From Deltaproteobacteria bacterium GWC2_65_14 (GTDB lineage Bacteria; Desulfobacterota; Deferrimicrobia; Deferrimicrobiales; Deferrimicrobiaceae), in NCBI GenBank assembly GCA_001797615.1, contig MGPV01000029.1, forward strand, positions 30,583 through 94,582: 64,000 nt of DNA. Direction: 5' to 3'. A program made the position numbers and the translations under genes. The notes beneath the pieces were generated by a model that saw only the letters and a program-made list of their open reading frames with translations, was not told where the DNA came from and searched no databases. Below are positions 1-9,099 of this stretch, one piece after another. Positions within the stretch are counted from its first letter, which is position 1. Each line of letters starts with the position of its first letter.

Positions 1-630
1 CAGCCCCCGGGTCGGAAGGGGAAGCGCCTGTCCGAGATGGGCGAAGACCCCGACGATCCGGGGGACGACGAAAGACATCAGGAAGATGACCACCAGGGCC
101 GCGACGGAGGCCATCAGGACCGGGTAGGTCAGCGCGGAGCGGACCCGGTTCCTCGTGCGGGACTGCTCCTCCAGGTGGTCGGCCAGCCGGGAGAGGGAGA
201 GCCCCAGCGTCCCGCTCTCCTCGCCGGCCCGGACCATGCTCGCGTAGAGCTCCGGGAAGCGTTCCGGATGGGACTCCACGGCGCGGGCGAGCGAGGCGCC
301 CCCCCGGACCGCCTCCGCGACGTCGGCGAGCACCGCGCGGCTTTCCGGGTCGTCCACCTGTGCGGAGAGGGAGGTGAGCGCCGAGACCACCGGGACGCCG
401 GCGCCGACCAGGGTGGCCAGCTGCCGCGTCAGCAGGGGGAGAACCTCCTGCCGGCCCAGGAGCGAGAGCGACGGGAAGATCCTCCCTTTCCCGGTCTCCA
501 CCGAAAGGGAGAGGGGGTACATCCCGTCGGCGCGCAGCTTCCCCCGCGCGGACAGGAGGGTGTCGGCGTCGAGGACTCCCTTCCTCTCGACGCCCTCCCG
601 CGTCACCACCGTGTACCGGAAGGTGGGCAA
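1..630 (-). CDS. gspF: Type II secretion system inner-membrane protein GspF (3' end outside window)
   Basis: Hand translation from TTG at 630: MPTFRYTVVTREG...LLTRQLATLVGAGVPVV...FPELYASMVRAGEESGTL...RVRSALTYP, which is typical GspF/PilC; directly downstream of gspE. Confidence 0.9.
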   Translation of the reverse strand, partial: MPTFRYTVVTREGVERKGVLDADTLLSARGKLRADGMYPLSLSVETGKGRIFPSLSLLGRQEVLPLLTRQLATLVGAGVPVVSALTSLSAQVDDPESRAVLADVAEAVRGGASLARAVESHPERFPELYASMVRAGEESGTLGLSLSRLADHLEEQSRTRNRVRSALTYPVLMASVAALVVIFLMSFVVPRIVGVFAHLGQALPLPTRGL

Positions 631-637
631 GGCGCTC

Positions 638-2167
638 CTACTCCTCCCGCGTGACGCGGAGGACCTCCTCCACGGAGGTGATCCCTTCGCGGACCTTCGC
701 GGCGCCCGACGCCAGGATCGTCCGCATCCCCCTGGCCAGGGCATGCTCCCGGATCCCTTCCGAGTCGGCCCGGGTCAGGATGAGCGCCCGGAGCCGGTCG
801 TCGACGACCAGGATTTCGAAGATCCCGGCGCGGCCCCGGTAGCCGGTGCTCATGCAGGCGGGGCATCCGGGGGCCTGGTAAAAGCTCCCCGAGGGCGATC
901 CGGCCAGCCCGATCTCCCTCCACTGCTCCGGGGACGGGGAATAGGGGACCCGGCAGTCGAAGCAGAGACGCCGGACCAGCCGCTGGGCGATCACCGCCGT
1001 GAGGGAGGAGGCGACCAGGAACGGCTCGATCCCCATGTCGACCAGGCGGGTCACCGCGGAGGCCGAGTCGTTCGTGTGCAGGGTGGAGAGCACCAGGTGG
1101 CCGGTGAGCGAAGCCTGGATCGCGATCACGGCCGTCTCGGGGTCCCGGATCTCCCCGACCATGATGATGTCGGGGTCCTGGCGAAGGATCGACCGAAGGC
1201 CCGAGGCGAAGGTGAGATGGATCTTCGGGTTCACCTGGATCTGGCCGATCCCCCGGATCTGGTACTCGACCGGGTCCTCGATGGTGATGATGTTCTTGGT
1301 CCCCGAGTCGAGGCGGCGCAGCGCGCCGTAGAGGGTCGTGGTCTTTCCCGACCCGGTGGGGCCGGTGACCAGCAGGATCCCGTTCGAGCGGGAGAGGATC
1401 CGCAGCATGGTGGAGAGGTCGCCGGGGTCGAGCCCGACATCCTCCAGCCCGAGCAGCAGGCTCGACCGGTCGAGGATCCGCAGCACCGTCCGCTCGCCGA
1501 ACGAGGTGGGGACGACCGAAATGCGGATGTCGATCTCCTTCCCCCCGACCCGGATCCGGATCCGCCCGTCCTGGGGGAGACGCCGCTCGGCGATGTCCAG
1601 GCCTGCCATCACCTTGATCCGGGAGACCACGGGGGCGTGCCACTTCCGGGGCGCCGTGACCATCGGGTAGAGGACCCCGTCGATCCGGTTGCGGATCGCC
1701 AGCTCCTTCTCGTAGGGCTCCACGTGGATGTCGCTGCTGCGCTCCCGGATCGCCCGGAAGATCAGGGAGTGGACGAACTTGATCACCGGTCCCTCGTCGG
1801 GCGACTCGAGCAGGTCCCGGGTCTCCTCGATGGCCGCCTCGACGTCGAGCTCCCACTCCCCGGAGAGCCCCTCCACGATCTCCCGCTCGGGGGTCTGGAC
1901 CTTCTCGTAGGCGGAGTCGATCATCCGCAGGATCGTCTCGGGCGGGATCGGAACGACCCGGACCGGCCCGACGAGGAAGCGGGTCTCGTCGATCGCGAAC
2001 GAATCGGACGGGTCCCCAGCGAGCAGGACGAGCTCCCCCTCCGGCCCCGTGCAGGGGAGGAGCAGGTGCCTTCGGGCATACCCGATCGGGATCTTCCCGA
2101 GCAGCCCGACCTCCGGCGTATACTCCGGGGAATCGGAGGGCGGTCGCTGGTCCGTCGACTGGCTCAT
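638..2167 (-). CDS. gspE: Type II secretion ATPase GspE
   Basis: Walker A GPTGSGKTT, TIEDPVE, LRQDPDIIMVGEIRD, His box HLVLSTLHTN, CxxC...CxxC; lies between gspD and gspF. Confidence 0.95.
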   Translation of the reverse strand: MSQSTDQRPPSDSPEYTPEVGLLGKIPIGYARRHLLLPCTGPEGELVLLAGDPSDSFAIDETRFLVGPVRVVPIPPETILRMIDSAYEKVQTPEREIVEGLSGEWELDVEAAIEETRDLLESPDEGPVIKFVHSLIFRAIRERSSDIHVEPYEKELAIRNRIDGVLYPMVTAPRKWHAPVVSRIKVMAGLDIAERRLPQDGRIRIRVGGKEIDIRISVVPTSFGERTVLRILDRSSLLLGLEDVGLDPGDLSTMLRILSRSNGILLVTGPTGSGKTTTLYGALRRLDSGTKNIITIEDPVEYQIRGIGQIQVNPKIHLTFASGLRSILRQDPDIIMVGEIRDPETAVIAIQASLTGHLVLSTLHTNDSASAVTRLVDMGIEPFLVASSLTAVIAQRLVRRLCFDCRVPYSPSPEQWREIGLAGSPSGSFYQAPGCPACMSTGYRGRAGIFEILVVDDRLRALILTRADSEGIREHALARGMRTILASGAAKVREGITSVEEVLRVTREE

Positions 2168-4389
2168 GGCTTCTCCGTGGGGGCCCTCTCCGGGAAGATC
2201 CTCTCGATCTCCCCCTTGTGCTGTTCGATGAACCGGTCCATCCTTCCCTGCTGGTCTCCGGTGATCTTCGTCATGTCGGCCGGGTTCACGATGACGCGCG
2301 GGGTGAGGAAAAGGAGCAGGTTCGTCTTCTTCCTGGAGACCGACTGGAACTTGAAGAGGTTCCCCAGGAGAGGGATGTCCCCCAGGAGCGGGATCTTTCG
2401 CTCCAGCTTGTTGAAGGTCTCCTGCATCATCCCGCCGATCACCACGGTGTCGCCGTTCTTCACGAGGACGCTGGTCTTCGCGGAGCGCTTCGTGGTCGTG
2501 GGCCCGACGGTGGAGAGCGCAAGGAGGGTGTCTCCCTTCACGGCGGAGGACTCCTGGTAGATCTCCAGGTTCACGAACTCGCTCTCGTGGATATGGGGGG
2601 TGATTCGCAGGATGATCCCGACGTCCTTGCGCTCCACGGTGTTGATGACGTTCGCGAGGTTCGTGCTGTCCCGCGACTGGCTGGTGATGAACGGGATGTT
2701 CTCGGCGATGATGATCTCCGCCTCCTTGTTGTCCAACGTCAGCAGATGCGGGGAGGAGAGCACGTTCACGTTGTCCCGGCTTTGGGCGGCGCGCAGGACC
2801 GCCGTGATCGCGGGGATCTCCGTCCCGTCCGGGAGCACGACGTTCCCGGCGATCCCGGCCGCGATCAGCCCGGTCCCGGAGAAGAGGAGCGGGTTCCCGG
2901 TGGCCAGCGACGCGAGCAGGGCGTTCAGGTTCCCCTGGAAGTCGAAGTTCGTCCCTCCCAGGACCGCCCCGCTCCTCCCCGTTTCCGCGGCGCCGCGGAA
3001 TTCCACGCCGAGGTCGCGCCCCTTGTCCAGGTTGATCTCCATGACCAGCGCCTCCACGTAGACCTGCCGGCGCCGGATGTCGAGCTTCTTGATGACCTCG
3101 ACCAGCGTCTGGTAGTCGTTCGGCGAGGCGATGACGATCAGGGAGTTGGTCGCCTTGTCGGCCGTGATCTTGACTCCCCCCTCCAGCTCCGCCGTGATGA
3201 CCCCCTTGATCGTGCCCGGAGGCTGGCCGGGGACGGTGGACCTTGCGGCCGACGACGAATCCGAGAGCGACGAGAGGACCTTGGCGGTCTCCTCGGCGGT
3301 GGCGTTCTCCAGGTAGTAGACGTTGATCTTCCCGGTGTTCTCCGGGGTCGGGATGTCGAGCCTGCGGATCAGGTCCTCCACGTCGTTCAGCACGTCCGGG
3401 ACCGCGAGGGCGAGGAGACTGTTCGTCCGGGTGTCCGGGAGGAACTTCGGCACGTTCCCCCGGGCCCTTCCCGGCAGGACCCGTCCGCGGGCTCCGGGGA
3501 CCTGCGGGGCGCCCGCCTGCTGGTAGAGCGAGTCGAGCATCCGGGCGACCTCCGCGGCGGAGGCATGCCGGAGCGGGAAGATCCGCAGCGTGCTCCCGGT
3601 TCCCTCCTGGTCGAGCTCCGCCAGGATCTTCATGAGCCGGTCGATGTTCGACCGGGAGTCGATCACGATCAGGAGGTTCGAGGTGGGAAAGGAGGTCAGC
3701 AGCCCGTCCTTCGAGATCATCGGGGTCAGCAGGGCGACGACATCCCCCACGTCGACGTATTGGAGAGGGATCAGGCGGGTAACGACCTTTGAGCCCGGCG
3801 CGTCGCTCCCCTCCCGTTCGGTGGGCATGCTCTCCTGCTTGGCGTCCCGCATCAGCACGATCTTGATCGTGTTCTCCTGCTCCACCGTGGCGAAGCCCTT
3901 GACGTGGAGGACCGACAGGAAGACGTTGTAGGCCTCCTCGAGGGTGATCCTGCGGGGGGAGATGATCGTGATCTTTCCCTGCACCCGCTCGTCGAAGATG
4001 AAGTTTTTCTTCGTCTGCTCGCTGATGAACTTGATCAGCACCGGAAGGTCCACGTCGGTGAAATCCATCGAGAGGTAGACCGGGGTGCGGGGGGTGGGCT
4101 GCGACTGGTTGTCGGCTGCGGGTCCCGGGGCCGGCGACTCGGGGATCGGGGCCTCGCCCTGCGTCGCCGGGGCGGCCGGAGGGGGTCCGGCCGAGGGGGT
4201 TCCCGCCTCCGGGGAGGTCGGAGTCTGCACCGCCGGGGGTGATTGCACCTCCGTGGAGGTCGGGGTCTGCACCGCCGGGGGCGATTGCCCCGCGGGAGGG
4301 GACTCCTCGGCCGCCCGTGCGCCTGAGGTGATCAGCCAGAGGGCCGCCGCAGCCAGGACCATCTTTCGCATCGCGCTCTCCCTGCTCAT
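2164..4389 (-). CDS. gspD: Type II secretion secretin GspD
   Basis: Signal peptide, Pro-rich linker, N0-N3 domains, secretin motifs (QVYVEALVME, KIPLLGDIPLLGNLFK, LLLFLTPRVI). Confidence 0.95.
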   Translation of the reverse strand: MSRESAMRKMVLAAAALWLITSGARAAEESPPAGQSPPAVQTPTSTEVQSPPAVQTPTSPEAGTPSAGPPPAAPATQGEAPIPESPAPGPAADNQSQPTPRTPVYLSMDFTDVDLPVLIKFISEQTKKNFIFDERVQGKITIISPRRITLEEAYNVFLSVLHVKGFATVEQENTIKIVLMRDAKQESMPTEREGSDAPGSKVVTRLIPLQYVDVGDVVALLTPMISKDGLLTSFPTSNLLIVIDSRSNIDRLMKILAELDQEGTGSTLRIFPLRHASAAEVARMLDSLYQQAGAPQVPGARGRVLPGRARGNVPKFLPDTRTNSLLALAVPDVLNDVEDLIRRLDIPTPENTGKINVYYLENATAEETAKVLSSLSDSSSAARSTVPGQPPGTIKGVITAELEGGVKITADKATNSLIVIASPNDYQTLVEVIKKLDIRRRQVYVEALVMEINLDKGRDLGVEFRGAAETGRSGAVLGGTNFDFQGNLNALLASLATGNPLLFSGTGLIAAGIAGNVVLPDGTEIPAITAVLRAAQSRDNVNVLSSPHLLTLDNKEAEIIIAENIPFITSQSRDSTNLANVINTVERKDVGIILRITPHIHESEFVNLEIYQESSAVKGDTLLALSTVGPTTTKRSAKTSVLVKNGDTVVIGGMMQETFNKLERKIPLLGDIPLLGNLFKFQSVSRKKTNLLLFLTPRVIVNPADMTKITGDQQGRMDRFIEQHKGEIERIFPERAPTEKP
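4206..4289. repeat. 42-bp tandem duplication in the gspD N-terminal Pro-rich linker
   Basis: Two near-identical 42-bp units (4206-4247, 4248-4289) encoding QSPPAVQTPTS(T/P)E. Confidence 0.85.
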
Positions 4390-5294
4390 CGGATTTCGTA
4401 CGTAAGGGTGTTCTTCTGTCCCTGCCGGAGGACGTCGACCGTCACCCGTTTTTCATCCTTGAGGTTCTGGAAGATCGTGTACATCTTCTCGGGGCTGTTC
4501 AGCTCGACGGCGTTCACCCGCTGGATGACGTCTCCCGTCCGGAACCCCAGCTGCTCGAAGGCCGACCCGGGGCGCAGGGCGGCGAGGCGGTACCCCGCCG
4601 ACTTGTTTCCCTCGAAGTAGGGGATGATCCGGGCCTGCGTCATGAACTGGTTGATGTTCCCGGTCAGTTCCTCGACGGTCGCCTCGTCCAGCGAGAAGGC
4701 GTTCTCCCCGAGCCGGTTCACCTGGATCCCCCCGGCCGCAGCTCCCGGCGCGGGTCGGACCTCCCGGGAGCGGGCGGCGGCGGGGGAGGGAGAAGGAGGC
4801 GGCGCCGATCCCCGGGTTTTCGAGCCGACCGGGAGCAGTTCGAGCTTTTCCTCCCGTCCGCCGCGGCTCAGCAGCACATGGGACCGCTCGATGGAGGCCA
4901 CCCGGACTCCCGGCTCGATCTCCTGCTGTTCCCGTGTGAGTAGGGGATCGGACATCCCCTCCGCCCACAGGATCGCCCTCCGCAGCATTCGCAGTTCCGA
5001 GGAGATGGTCCCCAGGAGCGTGTACCGGGTGCTCGATTCCGGGACGGCGGTCCCCGCCTCCGCGTTGTGGCGGGAGGGGATCCCCATCCCCGCGGAGGGG
5101 GCGAAGATGTTGGTCCACTGGTCGGGGGGAACGTTGGTCCTGTTCTCCCCCGTCATCCGGGGATCCGCGGGCGCGGGCGCGGGGGGGGGAGCGTAGTACC
5201 GGACCGACAGGTACCGGCTCGCCGCAAAGCCGAGAGAAACTGCGGTAATGACGAGCGAAACAGCCAGGATTGCGAAAAAAACCGGTTTTTGCAT
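4386..5294 (-). CDS. gspC: Type II secretion protein GspC with C-terminal PDZ domain
   Basis: N-terminal TM helix, HR-like domain, PDZ-like C-terminus (GFRTGDVIQRVN); first gene of the C-D-E-F run. Confidence 0.85.
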   Translation of the reverse strand: MQKPVFFAILAVSLVITAVSLGFAASRYLSVRYYAPPPAPAPADPRMTGENRTNVPPDQWTNIFAPSAGMGIPSRHNAEAGTAVPESSTRYTLLGTISSELRMLRRAILWAEGMSDPLLTREQQEIEPGVRVASIERSHVLLSRGGREEKLELLPVGSKTRGSAPPPSPSPAAARSREVRPAPGAAAGGIQVNRLGENAFSLDEATVEELTGNINQFMTQARIIPYFEGNKSAGYRLAALRPGSAFEQLGFRTGDVIQRVNAVELNSPEKMYTIFQNLKDEKRVTVDVLRQGQKNTLTYEIR

Positions 5295-5364
5295 TCCACC
5301 CCCGTCGGGCCCGATCCAATCCAGACATTTTCATCCGAATCGGAGGCTTCCGTCAACTGCCGGG

Positions 5365-5781
5365 CTATTCCCCGATCACCTGGACGATGATCTCCCGCGA
5401 TCTCTTTCGATTGTCGAAATCGATGAAGACGATCTGCTGCCAGGTCCCGAGTGCCATTTTCTTCTTCAAAAATGGGATGGTGAGGGAAGGTTTCAGCAGG
5501 GCCGCCCGGACGTGGGAGAATCCGTTTCCGTCGCCCCAGCGCCGGTCGTGCTCGTAGGGGACGTTCGACGGGACGAGCGTCTCGATCACCCGGGCGAGGT
5601 CGCTGACCACCCCGGGCTCGTACTCGATCGTGGTGACGGAACAGGTGGACCCGGGGCAGAATACGGTGACCGACCCGTTCTCGATGCCGGAGTTCTCCGC
5701 CTCCGCGGCCACCTTCCCGGTGACGTCGACGATGTCGCAGAACCCCTTCGTGGAGAGCACGAACTTTCCCGTGTGCACCAT
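5365..5781 (-). CDS. yjbQ: YjbQ/UPF0047 family protein (secondary thiamine-phosphate synthase)
   Basis: GDGNGFSHVRAALL and LGTWQQIVFIDFD motifs; GAGGTG RBS before ATG 5781. Confidence 0.9.
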   Translation of the reverse strand: MVHTGKFVLSTKGFCDIVDVTGKVAAEAENSGIENGSVTVFCPGSTCSVTTIEYEPGVVSDLARVIETLVPSNVPYEHDRRWGDGNGFSHVRAALLKPSLTIPFLKKKMALGTWQQIVFIDFDNRKRSREIIVQVIGE

Positions 5782-5898
5782 GGAACACCTCGCCGGATCG
5801 GGATCTCCCTTTCCTTGTACCACGATCCGGCGGGGGAGGCACCCGGGCCGCCGCCCCGGCCCGGGCTCTGGTTCGGAGAAAGAGGCGAGCTTCCCGGA

Positions 5899-6375
5899 TC
5901 AGATCCGGAGCCAATCCTCCTGGAGGACATCCCCGCGCAGCCCGACGACCACCGCCTTGACCGGCACCTTCCGGGAGCTCTCCTCCCAGGCGTTGATCGC
6001 CATCTGCGCCAGTCCCCGGCAGCAGGGGACCTCCATGATGGCGACGGTGAGCGACTTGATGTTCGACTCCTCGAACAATCCCTTGAGCTTCTCGGCGTAG
6101 GCCTCCTGCCCGCCGTCGAGCTTCGGACAGGCGATGGCGAGCGCCTTCCCCTTGAGCATGTCCTGGTGGAAGCTCCCGACGGCGAACGGGACGCAGTCGG
6201 CGGCCAGGAGCACCTCCGCTCCCTGGAAGTAGGGAGCGGCCGGGGAGACCAGGTGGAGCTGGATCGGCCACTGGCGAAGCTCCGAAGGGACCCGGGCGGC
6301 CTCCGTACCCCCCTGGTCCGGTTTGTCGTCGTACGCAATCGTCCTGGAACTCGGGCAACACTGGGAACCGCTCAT
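5899..6375 (-). CDS. Cys-rich putative iron-sulfur protein (C-terminal domain of FrdX-like ferredoxins)
   Basis: SELRQWPIQLHLV, AADC, ACPKLD and MEVPCC motifs; AGGAGGT RBS before ATG 6375; no 2x[4Fe-4S] ferredoxin N-domain. Confidence 0.75.
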   Translation of the reverse strand: MSGSQCCPSSRTIAYDDKPDQGGTEAARVPSELRQWPIQLHLVSPAAPYFQGAEVLLAADCVPFAVGSFHQDMLKGKALAIACPKLDGGQEAYAEKLKGLFEESNIKSLTVAIMEVPCCRGLAQMAINAWEESSRKVPVKAVVVGLRGDVLQEDWLRI

Positions 6376-6460
6376 CGTAACCTCCTGTCCGTTCCGCGTC
6401 CTCAATGGGATGCGAAGGATCAATGTTCTTCCATTGTTTTCCGGGAGAGACCGTCGTTTC

Positions 6461-6476
6461 CTTGACAAGGGTCAAG
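6461..6476. promoter_or_regulatory. CRP/FNR-family (HcpR-type) binding site TTGAC-N4-GTCAA
   Basis: Palindrome CTTGAC-AAGG-GTCAAG in the divergent intergenic region upstream of the FrdX-like gene. Confidence 0.65.
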
Positions 6477-6519
6477 CCGGATACAATAAGGTTCATCCCT
6501 GCGCAACAAGGAGGCAAAG

Positions 6520-7195
6520 ATGTACGATTTCATGCTCTCCGAAGAGGCGAAGTCCACGGTCCGGGAGGTCCGCGAATTCGTCCGGGACGAGGTGCCGCCC
6601 GAGTATCTGCGGGCGATGGACCGGGACGAGATCCGCTATCCCCGGGAATTCGTCGAAAAACTGGGGGGAAGGAACCTGCTCGGCCTGCGGTTCCCGAAAC
6701 GGTGGGGCGGGAGGAACCTGCCCTGGACGGCCGAAATCGCGGCGATCGAGGAGACCGGCGTGCTCGGGACGGCGCTGTGTTGCGCGTACGTGATGCCATC
6801 GATGGTCGGGGAGGCGCTGGACAAGTTCGGCACGGAAGAGCAGGGCGGCCCGGTCCGTGGATGCCGACTCCCCCAACATGCGCCGGATCGTCAGCGAGGC
6901 GAAGAAGTTCGCGACCGACACGGCCTGGGAGGTGGCGAACCAGGCGATGCAGGTGATGGGGGGGATCGGGTACACCGACGTCTACCCGATCGAGAAGGCG
7001 GTCCGGGACATCCGGCTCTCCCAGATCTGGACCGGCACGAACGAGATCATGAGCCTGCTGATCCAGCATGAATATTTCCAGGAGGTGCTGGAGAGTCCCT
7101 CCGACCGCAGGGACGTCGAGCAGGACGCCATGCACGCCGACGACTCGGAGAAGGTCTACGCGGACGAGGACCAGAAGAAGGGGATGGCGCGGTAA
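6520..7195 (+). pseudogene. Acyl-CoA dehydrogenase pseudogene (large internal deletion plus frameshift near 6843)
   Basis: ACAD N-terminal domain (MYDFMLSEE...FGTEEQ) fused out of frame to the extreme C-terminus (SEAKKFATD...QVMGGIGY...[15 protein letters not shown]); middle domain missing. Confidence 0.85.
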
Positions 7196-7219
7196 AAAAA
7201 AGGCCTCCTTGCGGAGGCC
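7194..7219 (-). terminator. Intrinsic terminator (probable original terminator of the tRNA-Gln/Glu operon)
   Basis: Minus strand GGCCTCC-GCAA-GGAGGCC followed by T8, just 3' of the displaced tRNA-Glu 3' copy. Confidence 0.85.
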
Positions 7220-7225
7220 GGAGAG

Positions 7226-7273
7226 TCCTGGCGGTCCCACCGGGGTTCGAACCCGGGTTTTCGCCGTGAGAGG
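7226..7273. repeat. att site: 48-bp direct repeat (displaced 3' half of tRNA-Glu)
   Basis: Identical to 11089-11136 (TCCTGGCGGTCCCACCGGGGTTCGAACCCGGGTTTTCGCCGTGAGAGG). Confidence 0.95.
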
Positions 7274-7991
7274 TGGACAGGCTCCGCGTGGGGCTCCTGA
7301 AAGGCCGGCCGCATGCGCCCGGGCGGGCGTGGAACCCGAACGCGAAGGCGCGGCACGATGAATCGGAAGAGAGACGGAAGGCCGGGGCGGAAAAGGCGGC
7401 GCGGAGACAGGAGTCGAAGCCTTATGCCGTGGGGACGGTGATCTCGGTCCTCTCCCTCTTGAAGCGGATCGCCAAGCGGGCGCTTTCCAGCTTCTCCAGC
7501 TCTACACGGGGTTGCGGCGGGGCGAGGTGCGGAAACTCAAGTGGACGGACGTGAATCTTGAGCGCGGCTTCATCCATATTCGCGATCCCAAGGGGGGCGT
7601 GGACCAGGTCATCCCGTTGTCCGACGCCGCGCGGGACCTGCTCTCGGAACATCCGCGTGAGGAGCGCAGCTCCTATGCCTTCGCCGGCGACCGGATGGGA
7701 AGCCCCCGGGGGATGCGTCAGATCTCCGAGGCATCGAGGAAGATCCGCGACGCCGCCGAGCTGCCGCCGGAGTTCCGCCCGAATCATGGGCTCCGGCACA
7801 CGTTCGCCTCGCATCTCGCGAGCCCGGGCGAGGTGGACCTCTACACGCTCCAGCGGCTCATGACCCACAAGAGCCCGATGATGACGCAACGGTACGCGCA
7901 CCTGCGCGACGAAACTCTCAAGCGCGGCGCGAACGTCATGTCCCGACTTGTGGCGGCAGCCGAGGAGAAGGTGGCCGAGAAGGCCGAATGA
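7273..7991 (+). pseudogene. Tyrosine recombinase/integrase remnant
   Basis: Catalytic domain from about 7494 to 7991 (LYTGLRRGE, K, HGLRHTFASHL, H, TQRYAH); upstream fragment in another frame (AVGTVISVLSLLKRIA) resembles the core-binding domain; N-terminus missing. Confidence 0.85.
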
Positions 7992-7995
7992 CCGG

Positions 7996-9096
7996 CTATT
8001 CCGGTTGGAGCAGCGAGTAGCTTGTACTTCGGCCCCCGGCCGGGTCCTTCGCCAGGATTCCGCGGTCCACGAGGTCGACGATGTCGCGCAAGGCCGTATC
8101 CTGCGAACACTTTGCCATCTTCGCCCATTTCGACGAGGTCAGTTTGCCTTCTATCCCGTCCAGCAACTTGTTGAGCATCAAGTTTTGCCGCTCGTTGAAC
8201 GATGCTCCGCCATGGGAGCCCCAGAAACGGGCCTTCCGGAACACCTCGGCAAGCGTTCTCTCCGCTTCGTCGAAGGAGCGTTCCAGGCACCCCAGGAACC
8301 AGTCCAGGCGCTCCGTGATGTCAAGCGTTCCCTTCTGCGTCTGTTCCAACCCCCCGTAGTAGGCGTTCCGTTCCTGCCGCATCTGGGCCGACATGCTGTA
8401 GAACCTCTGTGGGCTTTGCTCCGAGCGGGCAAGCGTCATGTCTGCGATAGCTCGGGCGATGCGCCCGTTGCCGTCGTCGAAGGGGTGTATGGTCACGAAC
8501 CACAGGTGCGCGATGCACGCGCGCAGCACAAGATCCGTCCCGTCGCCTCCGTTGAACCAATCGAGGAAGGCCGTCATTTCTCGCTCGATCCGGTCGGCAG
8601 GCGGCCCCTCGAAATGTACGCGTTCGTGGCCGAGCGGTCCGGAGACGACCTCCATGGAAGCATCCCGCCAGGTGCCGGCGTTGATCTTCCTGAGGCCGCT
8701 GTAGCCGGTCGGAAACAGCGACGCGTGCCAACCGAACAGTCTTTCCCGGGTCAGAGGCTTGTCGTAGTTACGCGTGGCGTCAAGCACCATCTCGACCACA
8801 CCCTCGACCTTCCTGTCTTCCGGCGTCAAGGCGCCGATGTCCACGCCCAGCCGCCGGGCGACGGAGGAACGCACCTGATCCTTGTCCAGGATCTCCCCTT
8901 CGATTTCGCTGGACTTAAGGACTTCCAGCGTCAGCGTACGCAACTCGGCTTCTTTCCGGAGAGTAAATCCCAGTGCCTGCATCCTTCCGATCAGCCGATC
9001 CTGTTTGTGGCGGACCGCGGTAAGTCGTGGGAAGATGGCTTCCTGGTTCCAACGGAATCGAGGCCAGTCCGGCAAATCGTAGATATAGTTGTTCAT
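7996..9096 (-). CDS. Fic family protein (DUF4172-Fic-wHTH; class II with internal inhibitory helix)
   Basis: Intact Fic motif HPFDDGNGRIAR; inhibitory motif SSEIEG N-terminal to it; C-terminal wHTH-like region (TALRDIVDLVDRGIL...GGRSTSY). Confidence 0.92.
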   Translation of the reverse strand: MNNYIYDLPDWPRFRWNQEAIFPRLTAVRHKQDRLIGRMQALGFTLRKEAELRTLTLEVLKSSEIEGEILDKDQVRSSVARRLGVDIGALTPEDRKVEGVVEMVLDATRNYDKPLTRERLFGWHASLFPTGYSGLRKINAGTWRDASMEVVSGPLGHERVHFEGPPADRIEREMTAFLDWFNGGDGTDLVLRACIAHLWFVTIHPFDDGNGRIARAIADMTLARSEQSPQRFYSMSAQMRQERNAYYGGLEQTQKGTLDITERLDWFLGCLERSFDEAERTLAEVFRKARFWGSHGGASFNERQNLMLNKLLDGIEGKLTSSKWAKMAKCSQDTALRDIVDLVDRGILAKDPAGGRSTSYSLLQPE

Positions 9097-9099
9097 TCA

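Noticed and set aside
6462..6487. Sigma70 promoter TTGACA...TACAAT for the acyl-CoA dehydrogenase
   Set aside because: The spacer is only 14 nt; the TTGACA is better explained as half of the palindromic box.
7229..7273. Second tRNA-Glu gene
   Set aside because: Only the 3' 45 nt are present; the D arm and 5' acceptor strand are absent. It is the att duplicate.
7226..7300. SSV1-style integrase gene split by the att site
   Set aside because: The frame of the N-terminal integrase fragment has TGA at 7267-7269 inside the core, so excision would not rebuild a longer ORF in that frame. Deletion explains it better.
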